NCBI GenBank assembly: GCA_046262595.1 | Contig: JBHEMM010000016.1 | Span: 26,661 to 48,567 of the forward strand | Origin: Vulcanimicrobiaceae bacterium | Lineage (GTDB): Bacteria; Vulcanimicrobiota; Vulcanimicrobiia; Vulcanimicrobiales; Vulcanimicrobiaceae | DNA: 21,907 nt | Reading direction: 5' to 3' | In this document: positions 7,623 through 16,491 of the stretch, one piece after another | How positions within the stretch are numbered: position 1 is the stretch's first letter | How the letters are laid out: every line of letters starts with the position of its first letter | Notes under the pieces: generated by a model | The model's database searches: none | The model's input: only the letters and a program-made list of their open reading frames with translations | Told to the model about the DNA's origin: nothing | Translations under genes and position numbers: made by a program

Positions 7623-8362
7623 ACCAGCGCCTCGAGCGCCGCGTCGCTCACGTCCAAGTTCGAGAAAACGCGCTGAGCGTCTTCATGCTCGTCGAGCGCT
7701 TCCAAGAACGCGAGGGCGGAAGCGAGATCCTCGCCTTGCGGCGCGGCCTTTTGTTTGGCGCGCACGCCGAGATACAGCTCGGAGATCTTGACGCCGGCAC
7801 CGCGCAGTGCGTCGCGAACGTGCGCGAGATCGGCGGGCGCAGTATAAATTTCGGCCGGTTCTCCGTACTCCAGATCGATCACGCCCTCCACCAAAGACGC
7901 TTCGGTCAACGCATCTTCCGAGCGGCCCGCCGGATCGACGACGAGCACGCCCACCGGATCGAACATCCATGCGACGCTGCCCGTCTCGCCGAGCGTACCG
8001 CCGTGTTTGCTGAACAAAAAGCGCAGTTCGCCGGCCGTGCGGTTCCGGTTATCCGTCGCTGCGTCAACGACGACGGCGACGCCCGCCGGACCGTAACCCT
8101 CGTACCGGATCTCTTCGATCTCTTTTTCGCCCGAGCCGCCCGCGCCGCGCGCGATCGCGCGCTTGATGTTGTCTTGAGGCATATTGTGCTCGCGCGCTTT
8201 TTCCACGGCCATTTTTAAACGGTAATTCGCTTCAGGGTCCGGCGAGCCGGACTTAGCCGCGAGAATAATCTCTTTGCTGAGCTTGGTGAACAGGGCACCG
8301 CGCTGGGCATCAGCCTTGCCCTTGCGCAGTTTAATGTTGTGCCACTTGGAATGACCGGACAT
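7619..8362 (-). CDS. yebC: YebC/PmpR family protein
   Basis: MSGHSKWHNIKLRKG, YEGYGPAG, TDNRNRT and C-terminal VFSN. True start is ATG 8362. Confidence 0.97.
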   Translation of the reverse strand: MSGHSKWHNIKLRKGKADAQRGALFTKLSKEIILAAKSGSPDPEANYRLKMAVEKAREHNMPQDNIKRAIARGAGGSGEKEIEEIRYEGYGPAGVAVVVDAATDNRNRTAGELRFLFSKHGGTLGETGSVAWMFDPVGVLVVDPAGRSEDALTEASLVEGVIDLEYGEPAEIYTAPADLAHVRDALRGAGVKISELYLGVRAKQKAAPQGEDLASALAFLEALDEHEDAQRVFSNLDVSDAALEALV

Positions 8363-8390
8363 AGGCCGGGAGCCTTCGCGGCTTAAAGCG

Positions 8391-11300
8391 TTAAACCCAC
8401 TTATCACCCAGCCACATGCGGCCGTGCCACTCGTTCCAGTGCAGCGGAACGCCGGCGAGTACCGGATAGAACCAGACGAAGGCGAGGACGACGGCGGCCA
8501 CGTACCCGCATACCCCGATCCTGGCAAGGATCCGCGCCTCATCGGATTCCCCGTGCATCTGCCACAGACGCTGGAGAACGATCACGTTGCACAAGATAAT
8601 GATGGGAACGTTCACGTAAAAATGATAAGCGAACGTGATGCGGGGCGAACGCGCCCACGGCAGCCACTGGAACAGATAAGCAAGAACGAGCAGCGCATAG
8701 CCCTTGTTTCGCTCACGCCAGGCCAGCCAGCCGGCCAGCGGAACCGCGATCAATCCGGCCCACAGGATCAGCGGATTCGGAAGCGAGATGATCTCCGCGA
8801 CGCAGCACGCGCCTTCAACTTGCGTCTGCGCGCCTTGGCGGAAATCGTGCCAGTAATACGCAATCGGCCGCAAGTCGAGCGGCCACTGCCACCACTGAGA
8901 AGAGTATGGATGGGTGGCTTTGAGTGTGTCGTGATACTGGTACATCGAATACTGACGGTACACGAGATCTTTGAGCGTGTTGATCCCGCCGGCGCCGTTG
9001 ATGTGGCGCAGAAGGTCGGGGACCCACGCGCATAGGTACACCGACATGCTTAAGAACACGATTGCCGCAATACTGACATCCAAACGGAAGCCGAACGGGT
9101 TGCCCCACAGCTTCGTCTTGCCCTCACGCCAAAACCGTTGCGACCACACGGCGGCAATTGCCACGAACGATACACCATACGCCATCACGCCGTACCATTT
9201 GCTCGCGACCAGCGCCCCGAGCAGCACGGTAAAGGCGACCAGCCAGCCTGTCGCGCGGCGTCCGCTTTCGGCCTCTCCCTCGTCATCGGTGACGAGCCCG
9301 GGCGAATACACGGCGCTGCCCTCGGGCGTCGCGTACGACACGGTGCCGTCGCGACGGTACGTCATCGTGGCCTCTTCATCGCGTACGATCAGATCTTTTC
9401 CGACGATGCGCCCGTCGGGCGCGATCATGCGCGCCGTGCCGGTGCCGCGAAAGATCTGCGTGCCCTCGGCGTAAGTAATGAACCGGCCTTCCGGCGGCAG
9501 CATCAAGCGCGGCACGAGCCAAAGCCGCAGCAGCAGATACCAGCCGCTGGCGAAAAAGAAACCGAACACGACGATCGAGGCGGTCGAGTAAGTCTGCGCT
9601 CCGCCGGCGAGGTTGGCCAGACCGCTGGCCGCAAAGCCCAGAACGAGCGCGCCGGCAAGCGAAAGACCCGCGCGCCGGACGGGGTTCGGTTCATTCGCCC
9701 GCTCGACCGACTGTAACGCGATCCAATACCGGTAAAATGCGTACAGCGCGCCGAGCGCAAAGACAACCACGATGCCTTCGGGCGTGGCGATGCGCGACTG
9801 CACGAAGTGCATGCCGTCCGCGATCAGCATCACCGCGGCAAATGCGGCGAACAGGCTCGAGCGCGTCAAGCGTTTCGCGAACACGTACAGCAAGCTCACC
9901 GCAAGCGCGCCGAAGACGACATCCAAGAAGCGCCAGCCGTACGCGTTATCGCCGCCGTGCAAACCGCCGAACAGCATCGTGGAAAACGTGATAATGAGCT
10001 TCGTGAGCGGCGGATGCGTGTTCTCGTAAATATACAGGCCCTTGAGATACTCTTCCGCGGCACGCGCGAAATAAATCTCATCGAATACTTTCTCCGCCGG
10101 CTTCCAATAATTGACGTACGAGACGACGAAGGAAACCGCTCCCAGCGCCGCGGCGAGCACATAATCGATCGGCCAGAGCATCGAGCCCAAGCCTTCGCGC
10201 GGATTGAACCAGGCGCGAGCCCGCAGCCAAACCGGAGCCTCGCCCCCGGTGGCCGGCGCTTCGTCGGTCTGTCCCAGAAAGAGAAAGCCGAGGATGAAAA
10301 ACGTCGCCACATTGAGCAACGAAACCGGGTGCGTGACCCACGGCCAGAGGTCCTGGGCGTTCGTGATCGTCCGCGACCCGTGCGTTACGACGTCCAGGTA
10401 TGTCATCGAATAGAACAAGTTGACGAAGAGCGTGAACGAAAAGATAAGGGCGGCGGCGACGTAGCGCCGCGCAAAAGGAACCGCCGCGATCGTGAAGATC
10501 AGCCCCTCGTACACGTACCGTTCGTGCATACGCGTCGAGATCATGAAAAATGCGAGCGAGAGAAGCGCGGCGGACTCAACGAGGGCGCGCGGCGTGCGCG
10601 TTTGCAAGTAGCGCACGATCGTGAGCGCCGTCGCTGCAGCCAGCAGCACGATGCCCCAAACGTATTGCGGCAGGAAAAAGATCGGCAGCGAATCTTTTTG
10701 CCAAAAGCCCGGCGGAACGTCGCCCTGCCACCAGCGTATCGACCACAGATTGAACGCATTGACCGAGTTGTAGGCATAGACGTTCTTGCCGAACTCGTAT
10801 TTGTGATAGAGCCAAACGAAGGCATCCGCGGCCGGGTGGAACGGCAGCGTCAGCACGAAGACGAGCAGTACGCCGAGCGCCATCCCCACGCCCGTCGCGT
10901 TCAGACGTTCGCGCAGCCGGTCGCGTGATGCAAATGCAAAAGCGGCGAACAGCGGAATAAGGACGGCGGCCTGCGGCTTGATCAGCAGCGAATACGCGAG
11001 CACCATCCACGCAAAGGCGATAAAGCGCGCGCTAACGGCGCCTTCAGCGTCTTCCGAGCGCAGCAGCAAATAGACGCCCACAAGCGCGAGGCCCGCCGAG
11101 ATCGAGTCCACTTGTCCCCAGGATGCGCTGATGAAAATGATCGCCGGATTCAAAAGGAACAGCGCGGCCGCGCCCAATGCGGCGCGCTCGCTCGCGAAAC
11201 GCCGCACCACCGCGAAAAGCAATGCGCCGTCCGCCAAATCGACCAAAACGGCGGGCAACTTCACCAGATATTTAAGCAGATCGAGGCTCGCATGCGGCCC

Positions 11301-11543
11301 GAAAAGCGCATAGACGTGGCCGACGATCCACAAAACGTAAAAATAACCGGGCGGATAATCCGCAAAACTCGTCGAGCCGTAAAACTGCCAGAGCGGATGC
11401 GCGGTCAGCGTGAGCGCCCAGGCTTCAAACGAGCTCACGTCGTTCGCGAAGCCGTTTTGCCCCATGAACAGCAGACGAATGATAAAGCCGGCGCCCAGCA
11501 GCACCCAGAGCGCGCGTGGAGCGGCCGTCTCGAGCTTCGTCAC
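8391..11543 (-). CDS. two-domain GT-C membrane glycosyltransferase: N-terminal ALG6/ALG8-like module and C-terminal protein O-mannosyltransferase (GT39/PMT) module
   Basis: N-half has DYPPG, WGQVDS, KPQ, NAFNLW and RMHERY. C-half has VFDEIYF, HPPLTKL, GWRF, QSRIA, ASKW, HPYSSQWWQWP, NPLILW and FAYHF. Many TM segments. Confidence 0.85.
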   Translation of the reverse strand: MTKLETAAPRALWVLLGAGFIIRLLFMGQNGFANDVSSFEAWALTLTAHPLWQFYGSTSFADYPPGYFYVLWIVGHVYALFGPHASLDLLKYLVKLPAVLVDLADGALLFAVVRRFASERAALGAAALFLLNPAIIFISASWGQVDSISAGLALVGVYLLLRSEDAEGAVSARFIAFAWMVLAYSLLIKPQAAVLIPLFAAFAFASRDRLRERLNATGVGMALGVLLVFVLTLPFHPAADAFVWLYHKYEFGKNVYAYNSVNAFNLWSIRWWQGDVPPGFWQKDSLPIFFLPQYVWGIVLLAAATALTIVRYLQTRTPRALVESAALLSLAFFMISTRMHERYVYEGLIFTIAAVPFARRYVAAALIFSFTLFVNLFYSMTYLDVVTHGSRTITNAQDLWPWVTHPVSLLNVATFFILGFLFLGQTDEAPATGGEAPVWLRARAWFNPREGLGSMLWPIDYVLAAALGAVSFVVSYVNYWKPAEKVFDEIYFARAAEEYLKGLYIYENTHPPLTKLIITFSTMLFGGLHGGDNAYGWRFLDVVFGALAVSLLYVFAKRLTRSSLFAAFAAVMLIADGMHFVQSRIATPEGIVVVFALGALYAFYRYWIALQSVERANEPNPVRRAGLSLAGALVLGFAASGLANLAGGAQTYSTASIVVFGFFFASGWYLLLRLWLVPRLMLPPEGRFITYAEGTQIFRGTGTARMIAPDGRIVGKDLIVRDEEATMTYRRDGTVSYATPEGSAVYSPGLVTDDEGEAESGRRATGWLVAFTVLLGALVASKWYGVMAYGVSFVAIAAVWSQRFWREGKTKLWGNPFGFRLDVSIAAIVFLSMSVYLCAWVPDLLRHINGAGGINTLKDLVYRQYSMYQYHDTLKATHPYSSQWWQWPLDLRPIAYYWHDFRQGAQTQVEGACCVAEIISLPNPLILWAGLIAVPLAGWLAWRERNKGYALLVLAYLFQWLPWARSPRITFAYHFYVNVPIIILCNVIVLQRLWQMHGESDEARILARIGVCGYVAAVVLAFVWFYPVLAGVPLHWNEWHGRMWLGDKWV

Positions 11544-12517
11544 CGCGGCGCCTCCATTGCCAGCGTTTGCAATAGAAAGTCACGAACGGCGGGCGCGGGA
11601 TGGCGTTCGACGACGCGCAGATGTTCGGCGATCACCGAACGCGCGGCCTCTTTGGCGCCGAGCTCGTTCAACGCATCGATCACGAGCGCCACCATCTGCG
11701 GATCCAGCGCCGCGCCCTGGGAATACGTGCGCGCGATGCGCTCGCGCGCAGCGCACGGCGGCCCGCTCAGCGCCCACACCACGGGAAACGTCCATTTGCG
11801 GCGCGCCAGGTCGTTGCCGCTGGTCTTGCCTGTGGCGTCAGCGCTGCCCCAAATGCCGAGCACGTCGTCCTGAATTTGAAAAGCCAAACCGTACGCGCGT
11901 CCGGTTTCTCGATATTGCCGTACGGTGCTCGCATCGCTCGGCGCGCACAGCGCGCCGAGCTCCGAAGACGCACCGAACAGCGCGGCCGTCTTAGCGGCAA
12001 TCATGCCGTGATACTCATCGAGCCCTACGTGCGCGCGGCGTTCGAATGCCAAATCGATCGACTGACCGTCGCACATGGTGGCATGCGCTTCGTGCAGCGC
12101 GCGCACCATTTGCAGGACGCGTTCGTCGGTATGATGCGCGTCCGCCCCCATGAGAATGAGAAAACTGAGCGCGCAGAGCGCATCGCCGGCGTTGAGCGCC
12201 TGCGGAATGCCGTAAACCGCCCAAAGCGTTTTGCGGCCATGGCGCAACTCGTCACCGTCTTCGATGTCATCGTGAACCAGCGAGTAATTGTGCAGGATCT
12301 CGATGGCGGAGGCCGCGTGCGCGGCGTGCTCCACGCTCCCGCCCTCGGCAAGTGCCGAAGCCAAAAGCAAACGGGGACGCAGGCGCTTGCCGCGCCGCGC
12401 CGGCCCATGCGCGCCGTAACCGAAGTGATACTGCAGCATCTCGGCAACCTCTGCGGAGCCGCGGTAACCGCGTATCGAGTCCTCTAAGTGCCGTTCGAGC
12501 GAGTCGTTATGTTCGAT
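11540..12517 (-). CDS. polyprenyl diphosphate synthase, short-chain GGPP-synthase type (start uncertain)
   Basis: GKRLRP, FARM YSLVHDDIED...RHG, GQSID, KTAALF and SARM-region FQIQDDVLG. The aromatic residue five positions before FARM suggests a short product. Start may be ATC 12517 or ATG 12439. Confidence 0.88.
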   Translation of the reverse strand: MEHNDSLERHLEDSIRGYRGSAEVAEMLQYHFGYGAHGPARRGKRLRPRLLLASALAEGGSVEHAAHAASAIEILHNYSLVHDDIEDGDELRHGRKTLWAVYGIPQALNAGDALCALSFLILMGADAHHTDERVLQMVRALHEAHATMCDGQSIDLAFERRAHVGLDEYHGMIAAKTAALFGASSELGALCAPSDASTVRQYRETGRAYGLAFQIQDDVLGIWGSADATGKTSGNDLARRKWTFPVVWALSGPPCAARERIARTYSQGAALDPQMVALVIDALNELGAKEAARSVIAEHLRVVERHPAPAVRDFLLQTLAMEAPR

Positions 12518-13106
12518 GAGCCGTCTCCGGGAGCGAGCGGATGGTGCGCAAAACCGTTTGCGTGAAGTTTTCGAGTTCCTCGCGCAAGGCTTTGCGATCG
12601 CGCGGCAAGCTGAGCGCTTTGCCGAAAATGACCTCGAAACGCGCAAAGCGGGCCGCGTTTGCCGTTCCGGACACGCACGCGGGCAGCACAGGCGCCCCCG
12701 AAAGCGATGCTAAGAGCGCAACGCCGTTATGCACTTCGGCCGCGCCTTCCCGGTTGCGCGTGCCTTCCGGAAAAATGCCGATGGCGCCGCCTTCCTTTAA
12801 GACTTGCACGGAACGCTTGACCGCCGCAACCGCCGATCCTTTGCGATCGACCGGATAGGCGCCGACAGCGGCAATCGCCGGGCCGAGCACGGGAATGGCG
12901 AACAGCTCCTGCTTGGCCATGTACTGGATGCGCCGCGGGCACGCGCTTCCCAGCAGCGGCGGGTCCAAATACGAGACATGGTTGCACGCAACGATCAGCG
13001 GGCCGCTCGAGGGCACATTCGCAGCGCCGTAAACGCGCAACCGCCACACCGAGCGGAACAGACCGTTCAGCGTAAAGCGGGCGGCGTCGTAAAGCGGATC
13101 GTTCAC
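12507..13106 (-). CDS. plsC: 1-acyl-sn-glycerol-3-phosphate acyltransferase
   Basis: NHVSYLD (HX4D), MAKQELF, PVDR and IFPEGTR. GTG start overlaps the cmk stop (GTGA). Confidence 0.93.
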   Translation of the reverse strand: MNDPLYDAARFTLNGLFRSVWRLRVYGAANVPSSGPLIVACNHVSYLDPPLLGSACPRRIQYMAKQELFAIPVLGPAIAAVGAYPVDRKGSAVAAVKRSVQVLKEGGAIGIFPEGTRNREGAAEVHNGVALLASLSGAPVLPACVSGTANAARFARFEVIFGKALSLPRDRKALREELENFTQTVLRTIRSLPETAHRT

Positions 13107-13783
13107 GCCGGCACGATAGCGCAAATGCGATCAACCACTTCGCCGGCGGTGAGATCGCTCGAATCGATGAGGTGAGCGTCGGGGGCGTTGCGCAGCGGAG
13201 AAACGGCCCGGTTTTCATCCAAACGATCGCGTTCCTCAATTTCGGCGGTCAGCCCAAGCTCGCTCACCTCCACGCCCGCCGCCACGAGCTGAGCGCGCCG
13301 CCTGGCGACGCGCGCTTCGACCGATGCCGTTAAGAAGATTTTGCACGGCGCGCCCGGGAGAACGACGGTGCCGATATCGCGTCCGGCCATGACGACGGCT
13401 CCCTGCGCGGCGATATGGCGCTGCTGCGCCACCATCGCCTCGCGGATGCGCGGGTGCGCGGCAATCGTCGAGACGACCGCTGTCACTTCGGGCGATTCCA
13501 GCTGTTCTTGTTCCAGTTCACGATCGCCGGTGAAGATGCGGAAGCCCAAATGCGCGTTAAGGTCGAGCATGACGCGGATCGGGTGCTGTTCGAGCAGACG
13601 GATGAGCGCGTTTTCATTGTCGACTTCGGTCAAGGTGTGCACGGCCAAGTACGCCAGCGCGCGATACATCGCGCCCGTATCCAGATACAGCACGTTCAGG
13701 CGGCCGGCCAGGCTTCGCGCCACGGTCGTTTTACCGGACGCGGCGGGGCCGTCGATAGCGATTTGCAGCGGGCTCGTGGGCAC
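13103..13783 (-). CDS. cmk: cytidylate kinase
   Basis: IAIDGPAASGKTT, YLDTGAMYRA, GRDIGTVV and KIFLTAS. Confidence 0.97.
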   Translation of the reverse strand: MPTSPLQIAIDGPAASGKTTVARSLAGRLNVLYLDTGAMYRALAYLAVHTLTEVDNENALIRLLEQHPIRVMLDLNAHLGFRIFTGDRELEQEQLESPEVTAVVSTIAAHPRIREAMVAQQRHIAAQGAVVMAGRDIGTVVLPGAPCKIFLTASVEARVARRRAQLVAAGVEVSELGLTAEIEERDRLDENRAVSPLRNAPDAHLIDSSDLTAGEVVDRICAIVPA

Positions 13784-13835
13784 GGACGCCTGTTTTTAGC
13801 ATGAGCGTGCCGCCGCCCTGGCCAACTGCGGTACC

Positions 13836-15146
13836 GTGGCTAAGGCGCGCTCGGTTTACTTCTGCTCCGGCTGCGGCTTCGAATCGGCGCGCTGGCTGGG
13901 ACGCTGCCCGCAATGCGAAGCGTGGAACTCCTTCGACGAGCGCCCGATGCGCGTTCTCGCCGCGCGGCCCTCAGCAAGCGCGCCGCTGCGCGCTGACAGC
14001 GCTCCGGTCGCACTGCGCGATGTCGACGAAGACCGCTTGCGGCGTACGCAGACCGGATTACGCGAATTCGACGCCGTCATGGGCGCAGGCATCGTCCCGG
14101 GCAGCCTCACGCTGATCGGCGGTCCGCCAGGCGCGGGAAAATCGACGCTGCTGCTGCAGATTGGTGTTCGCATTCCCGGGCGAGTCATCTACGTGTGCGG
14201 CGAAGAGTCCGCCGCCCAGGTGAAACTGCGCGCGCAACGCCTGGGTGTCGAGGGCGATCTGCTGCTTTTTGCAGAAACGAATCTGCGCGCGGTTCTCGAT
14301 CAACTCGAAAAACAGCTTCCCGCCGCACTGATCGTCGATTCGATTCAAACGGTCTGGCTGCCCGAATCGGAGTCGTATGCCGGCAGCGTGACGCAGGTCC
14401 GTGACTGCACGCAGGCCCTCATGGAATTTTCCAAACGTACCGGGTGCGCGAGCTTTTTGGTCGGGCACGTCACCAAAGACGGCGCGATCGCGGGGCCCCG
14501 GCTGCTCGAACATCTCGTCGATACGGTGCTGTACTTCGAGGGCGAAGCGAACGGCGACTACCGCATCGTGCGCGCCTACAAAAACCGTTTCGGCAGCGTG
14601 GACGAAATCTGCGTCTTCACGATGCAGCACGACGGCCTTCATGAAGTGAGCAATCCCTCCGAGGTCTTTTTGAGCGGGCGCGCCAGCCGTGCGAGCGGAT
14701 CGTGCATCGTGGCAGGCATTGTCGGCTCGCGGCCCGTCCTGGTCGAAGTGCAGGCGCTCGTCGGCGAAACGGGATACGGCACGCCCCGGCGCTTGGCGAA
14801 TAACGTCGATCAGGCGCGTCTGGCGATGATTCTTGCGGTGCTCGAGCGGCGCGCCGGCCTGCAGCTAGGCACGCACGACGTGTATGCCTCGGTAGCCGGC
14901 GGACTGCGCGTGAACGAACCCGCCGCCGATCTCGGCATCGCGCTCGCCATCGCGTCGTCGTTCCGCAACCGCGCCCTTGACGCGGACGCGGCGGCGTTCG
15001 GCGAGCTGGGTCTTTCGGGCGAAATACGCGCCGTCAACGCGGCGTCGCGCCGCATCGCCGAAGCGAACAAACTGGGATACCGCACGCTGTACACGCCGCA
15101 AAATTGCCCCGATATCGCGCAAGCAATCGCACTCGCGCTGGCATAG
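13836..15146 (+). CDS. radA: DNA repair protein RadA/Sms
   Basis: C4 zinc finger CSGC...CPQC, Walker A GPPGAGKST, VDSIQT, GHVTK, KNRFG and a LonC-like C-terminus with GELGLSGE. Confidence 0.97.
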   Translation: MAKARSVYFCSGCGFESARWLGRCPQCEAWNSFDERPMRVLAARPSASAPLRADSAPVALRDVDEDRLRRTQTGLREFDAVMGAGIVPGSLTLIGGPPGAGKSTLLLQIGVRIPGRVIYVCGEESAAQVKLRAQRLGVEGDLLLFAETNLRAVLDQLEKQLPAALIVDSIQTVWLPESESYAGSVTQVRDCTQALMEFSKRTGCASFLVGHVTKDGAIAGPRLLEHLVDTVLYFEGEANGDYRIVRAYKNRFGSVDEICVFTMQHDGLHEVSNPSEVFLSGRASRASGSCIVAGIVGSRPVLVEVQALVGETGYGTPRRLANNVDQARLAMILAVLERRAGLQLGTHDVYASVAGGLRVNEPAADLGIALAIASSFRNRALDADAAAFGELGLSGEIRAVNAASRRIAEANKLGYRTLYTPQNCPDIAQAIALALA

Positions 15147-16015
15147 TGCTGCTCGAATGCGTTCCGAACATCTCCGAAGGGCGCGACCTGTCGATCGTGC
15201 AGGCGTGCATCGAAGCGGTCGAGGGTTGCGGCGCGGCGGTCCTGCACCGCACGAGCGATCCGGTCCATAACCGCAGCGTGCTGACGATCGCGGGCAGCTA
15301 CGGCGCACTTGCGCAAGCCGTCATCGCGCTCGCCGCGGTCACGTTGGAACGGATCGACCTGCGCACGCACTCGGGGGTGCATCCCCGCATCGGTGCTCTT
15401 GACGTGCTTCCGTTCATTCCTTTGCGCGGCGCTGAGATGGCCGATGCCGTGCGCCTTGCGCGCTCCACCGGGCAGCGCATCTGGGAGGAGTTGCGCGTTC
15501 CGTGCTTTTTGTACGGTGAAGCGGCGGCAACCCCGCTGCGCCGAAATCTCGCGAACGTGCGGCAAGGCCAGTTTGAAGGCTTGGATACGCGTTTCGAGCT
15601 CCCGGACTGGCGGCCGGATTTCGGCGACGCCGGCAAGCACGTTTCAGCCGGAGCCGTCGCGATCGGCGCGCGTGGGCTGCTCGTCGCTTTCAACATCGAG
15701 CTGCAAACGGGCGATTTGGAGATCGCGAAACGCATCGCGCGCGCGCTTCGAGAGCGCGGCGGCGGATTTCGCACGCTCAAGGCGCTCGGTCTGCGTTTAG
15801 GGCCGGATGTGGTTCAGGTTTCGCTCAACGTGACGGATTTCCGCGCGACGCCGCTGTACCGGATCGTGGAGAGCGTGCGCGAGCTCGCCGCAAAGGCCGG
15901 CACGCGGATCCGGCGCTCGGAATTGATCGGCTGCTTACCGCGCGCAGCGGTTGAAGAGAGCGCCGCTTATTACCTCGGACTCGCACCGCTTGGAGGACTG
16001 CCCGATGAAGGTTGA
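15146..16015 (+). CDS. ftcd: glutamate formimidoyltransferase
   Basis: ECVPNISEGR, DPVHNRSV, HSGVHPRIGALDVLPF, VQVSLN and SELIG. GTG start overlaps the radA stop. Confidence 0.93.
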   Translation: MLLECVPNISEGRDLSIVQACIEAVEGCGAAVLHRTSDPVHNRSVLTIAGSYGALAQAVIALAAVTLERIDLRTHSGVHPRIGALDVLPFIPLRGAEMADAVRLARSTGQRIWEELRVPCFLYGEAAATPLRRNLANVRQGQFEGLDTRFELPDWRPDFGDAGKHVSAGAVAIGARGLLVAFNIELQTGDLEIAKRIARALRERGGGFRTLKALGLRLGPDVVQVSLNVTDFRATPLYRIVESVRELAAKAGTRIRRSELIGCLPRAAVEESAAYYLGLAPLGGLPDEG

Positions 16016-16439
16016 GGACCATCCGCTCGTAGACGACGTCAATGCGATGCACGCAAAAAGCCTTTCGGCGACGGAACGCGTTTGCCGCCGCATCGCCGAG
16101 GCGACGGGATCGCCTATCGCACTGGTGCTCGCCATCGTCGTGCAGATCATTTGGCTTACGCTCGGCGCGTTCACCCATCTGGACCCGTTTCCGTTCGTCT
16201 TTTTACTGACGTGCTCGAACGTGCTGCAACTGATCCTCATCTTCGTCATTGCCGTCGCGCAGCGGCAGCAGACGATGCACGACGAGCTGCGCGCGGAAGC
16301 GGACCACGACTCGATTTCGCGCTTGCTTTACCACCAACAGGTGCAAAACGATCTGCTTCTCCGCTTGGCGGACCGCGCGGGCATCGACACCGGGGACATC
16401 AAAGAAACGATACTCTCACTTCGCACCTCGGTCGTGTAG
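16005..16439 (+). CDS. DUF1003-like membrane protein
   Basis: RBS GGAGG before ATG 16005. Pattern ERVCRRIAEATGS-TM-DPFPFVFL-TM-QRQQ followed by a helical tail. Confidence 0.8.
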   Translation: MKVEDHPLVDDVNAMHAKSLSATERVCRRIAEATGSPIALVLAIVVQIIWLTLGAFTHLDPFPFVFLLTCSNVLQLILIFVIAVAQRQQTMHDELRAEADHDSISRLLYHQQVQNDLLLRLADRAGIDTGDIKETILSLRTSVV

Positions 16440-16449
16440 TATTCGCCGT

Positions 16450-16475
16450 GCAACCCTTGTCAGGCTCAACCTGTT
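16450..16475 (+). promoter_or_regulatory. possible ECF sigma promoter for the M16 peptidase
   Basis: GCAAC-N18-GTT in the short intergenic gap, resembling ECF AAC...GTT promoters. Confidence 0.3.
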
Positions 16476-16491
16476 GTCATCGGAGATGTTC

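Noticed and set aside
16249..16491. N-terminal extension of the M16 peptidase in the ORF track
   Set aside because: It overlaps the DUF1003 gene. The RBS and signal peptide point to GTG 16492.
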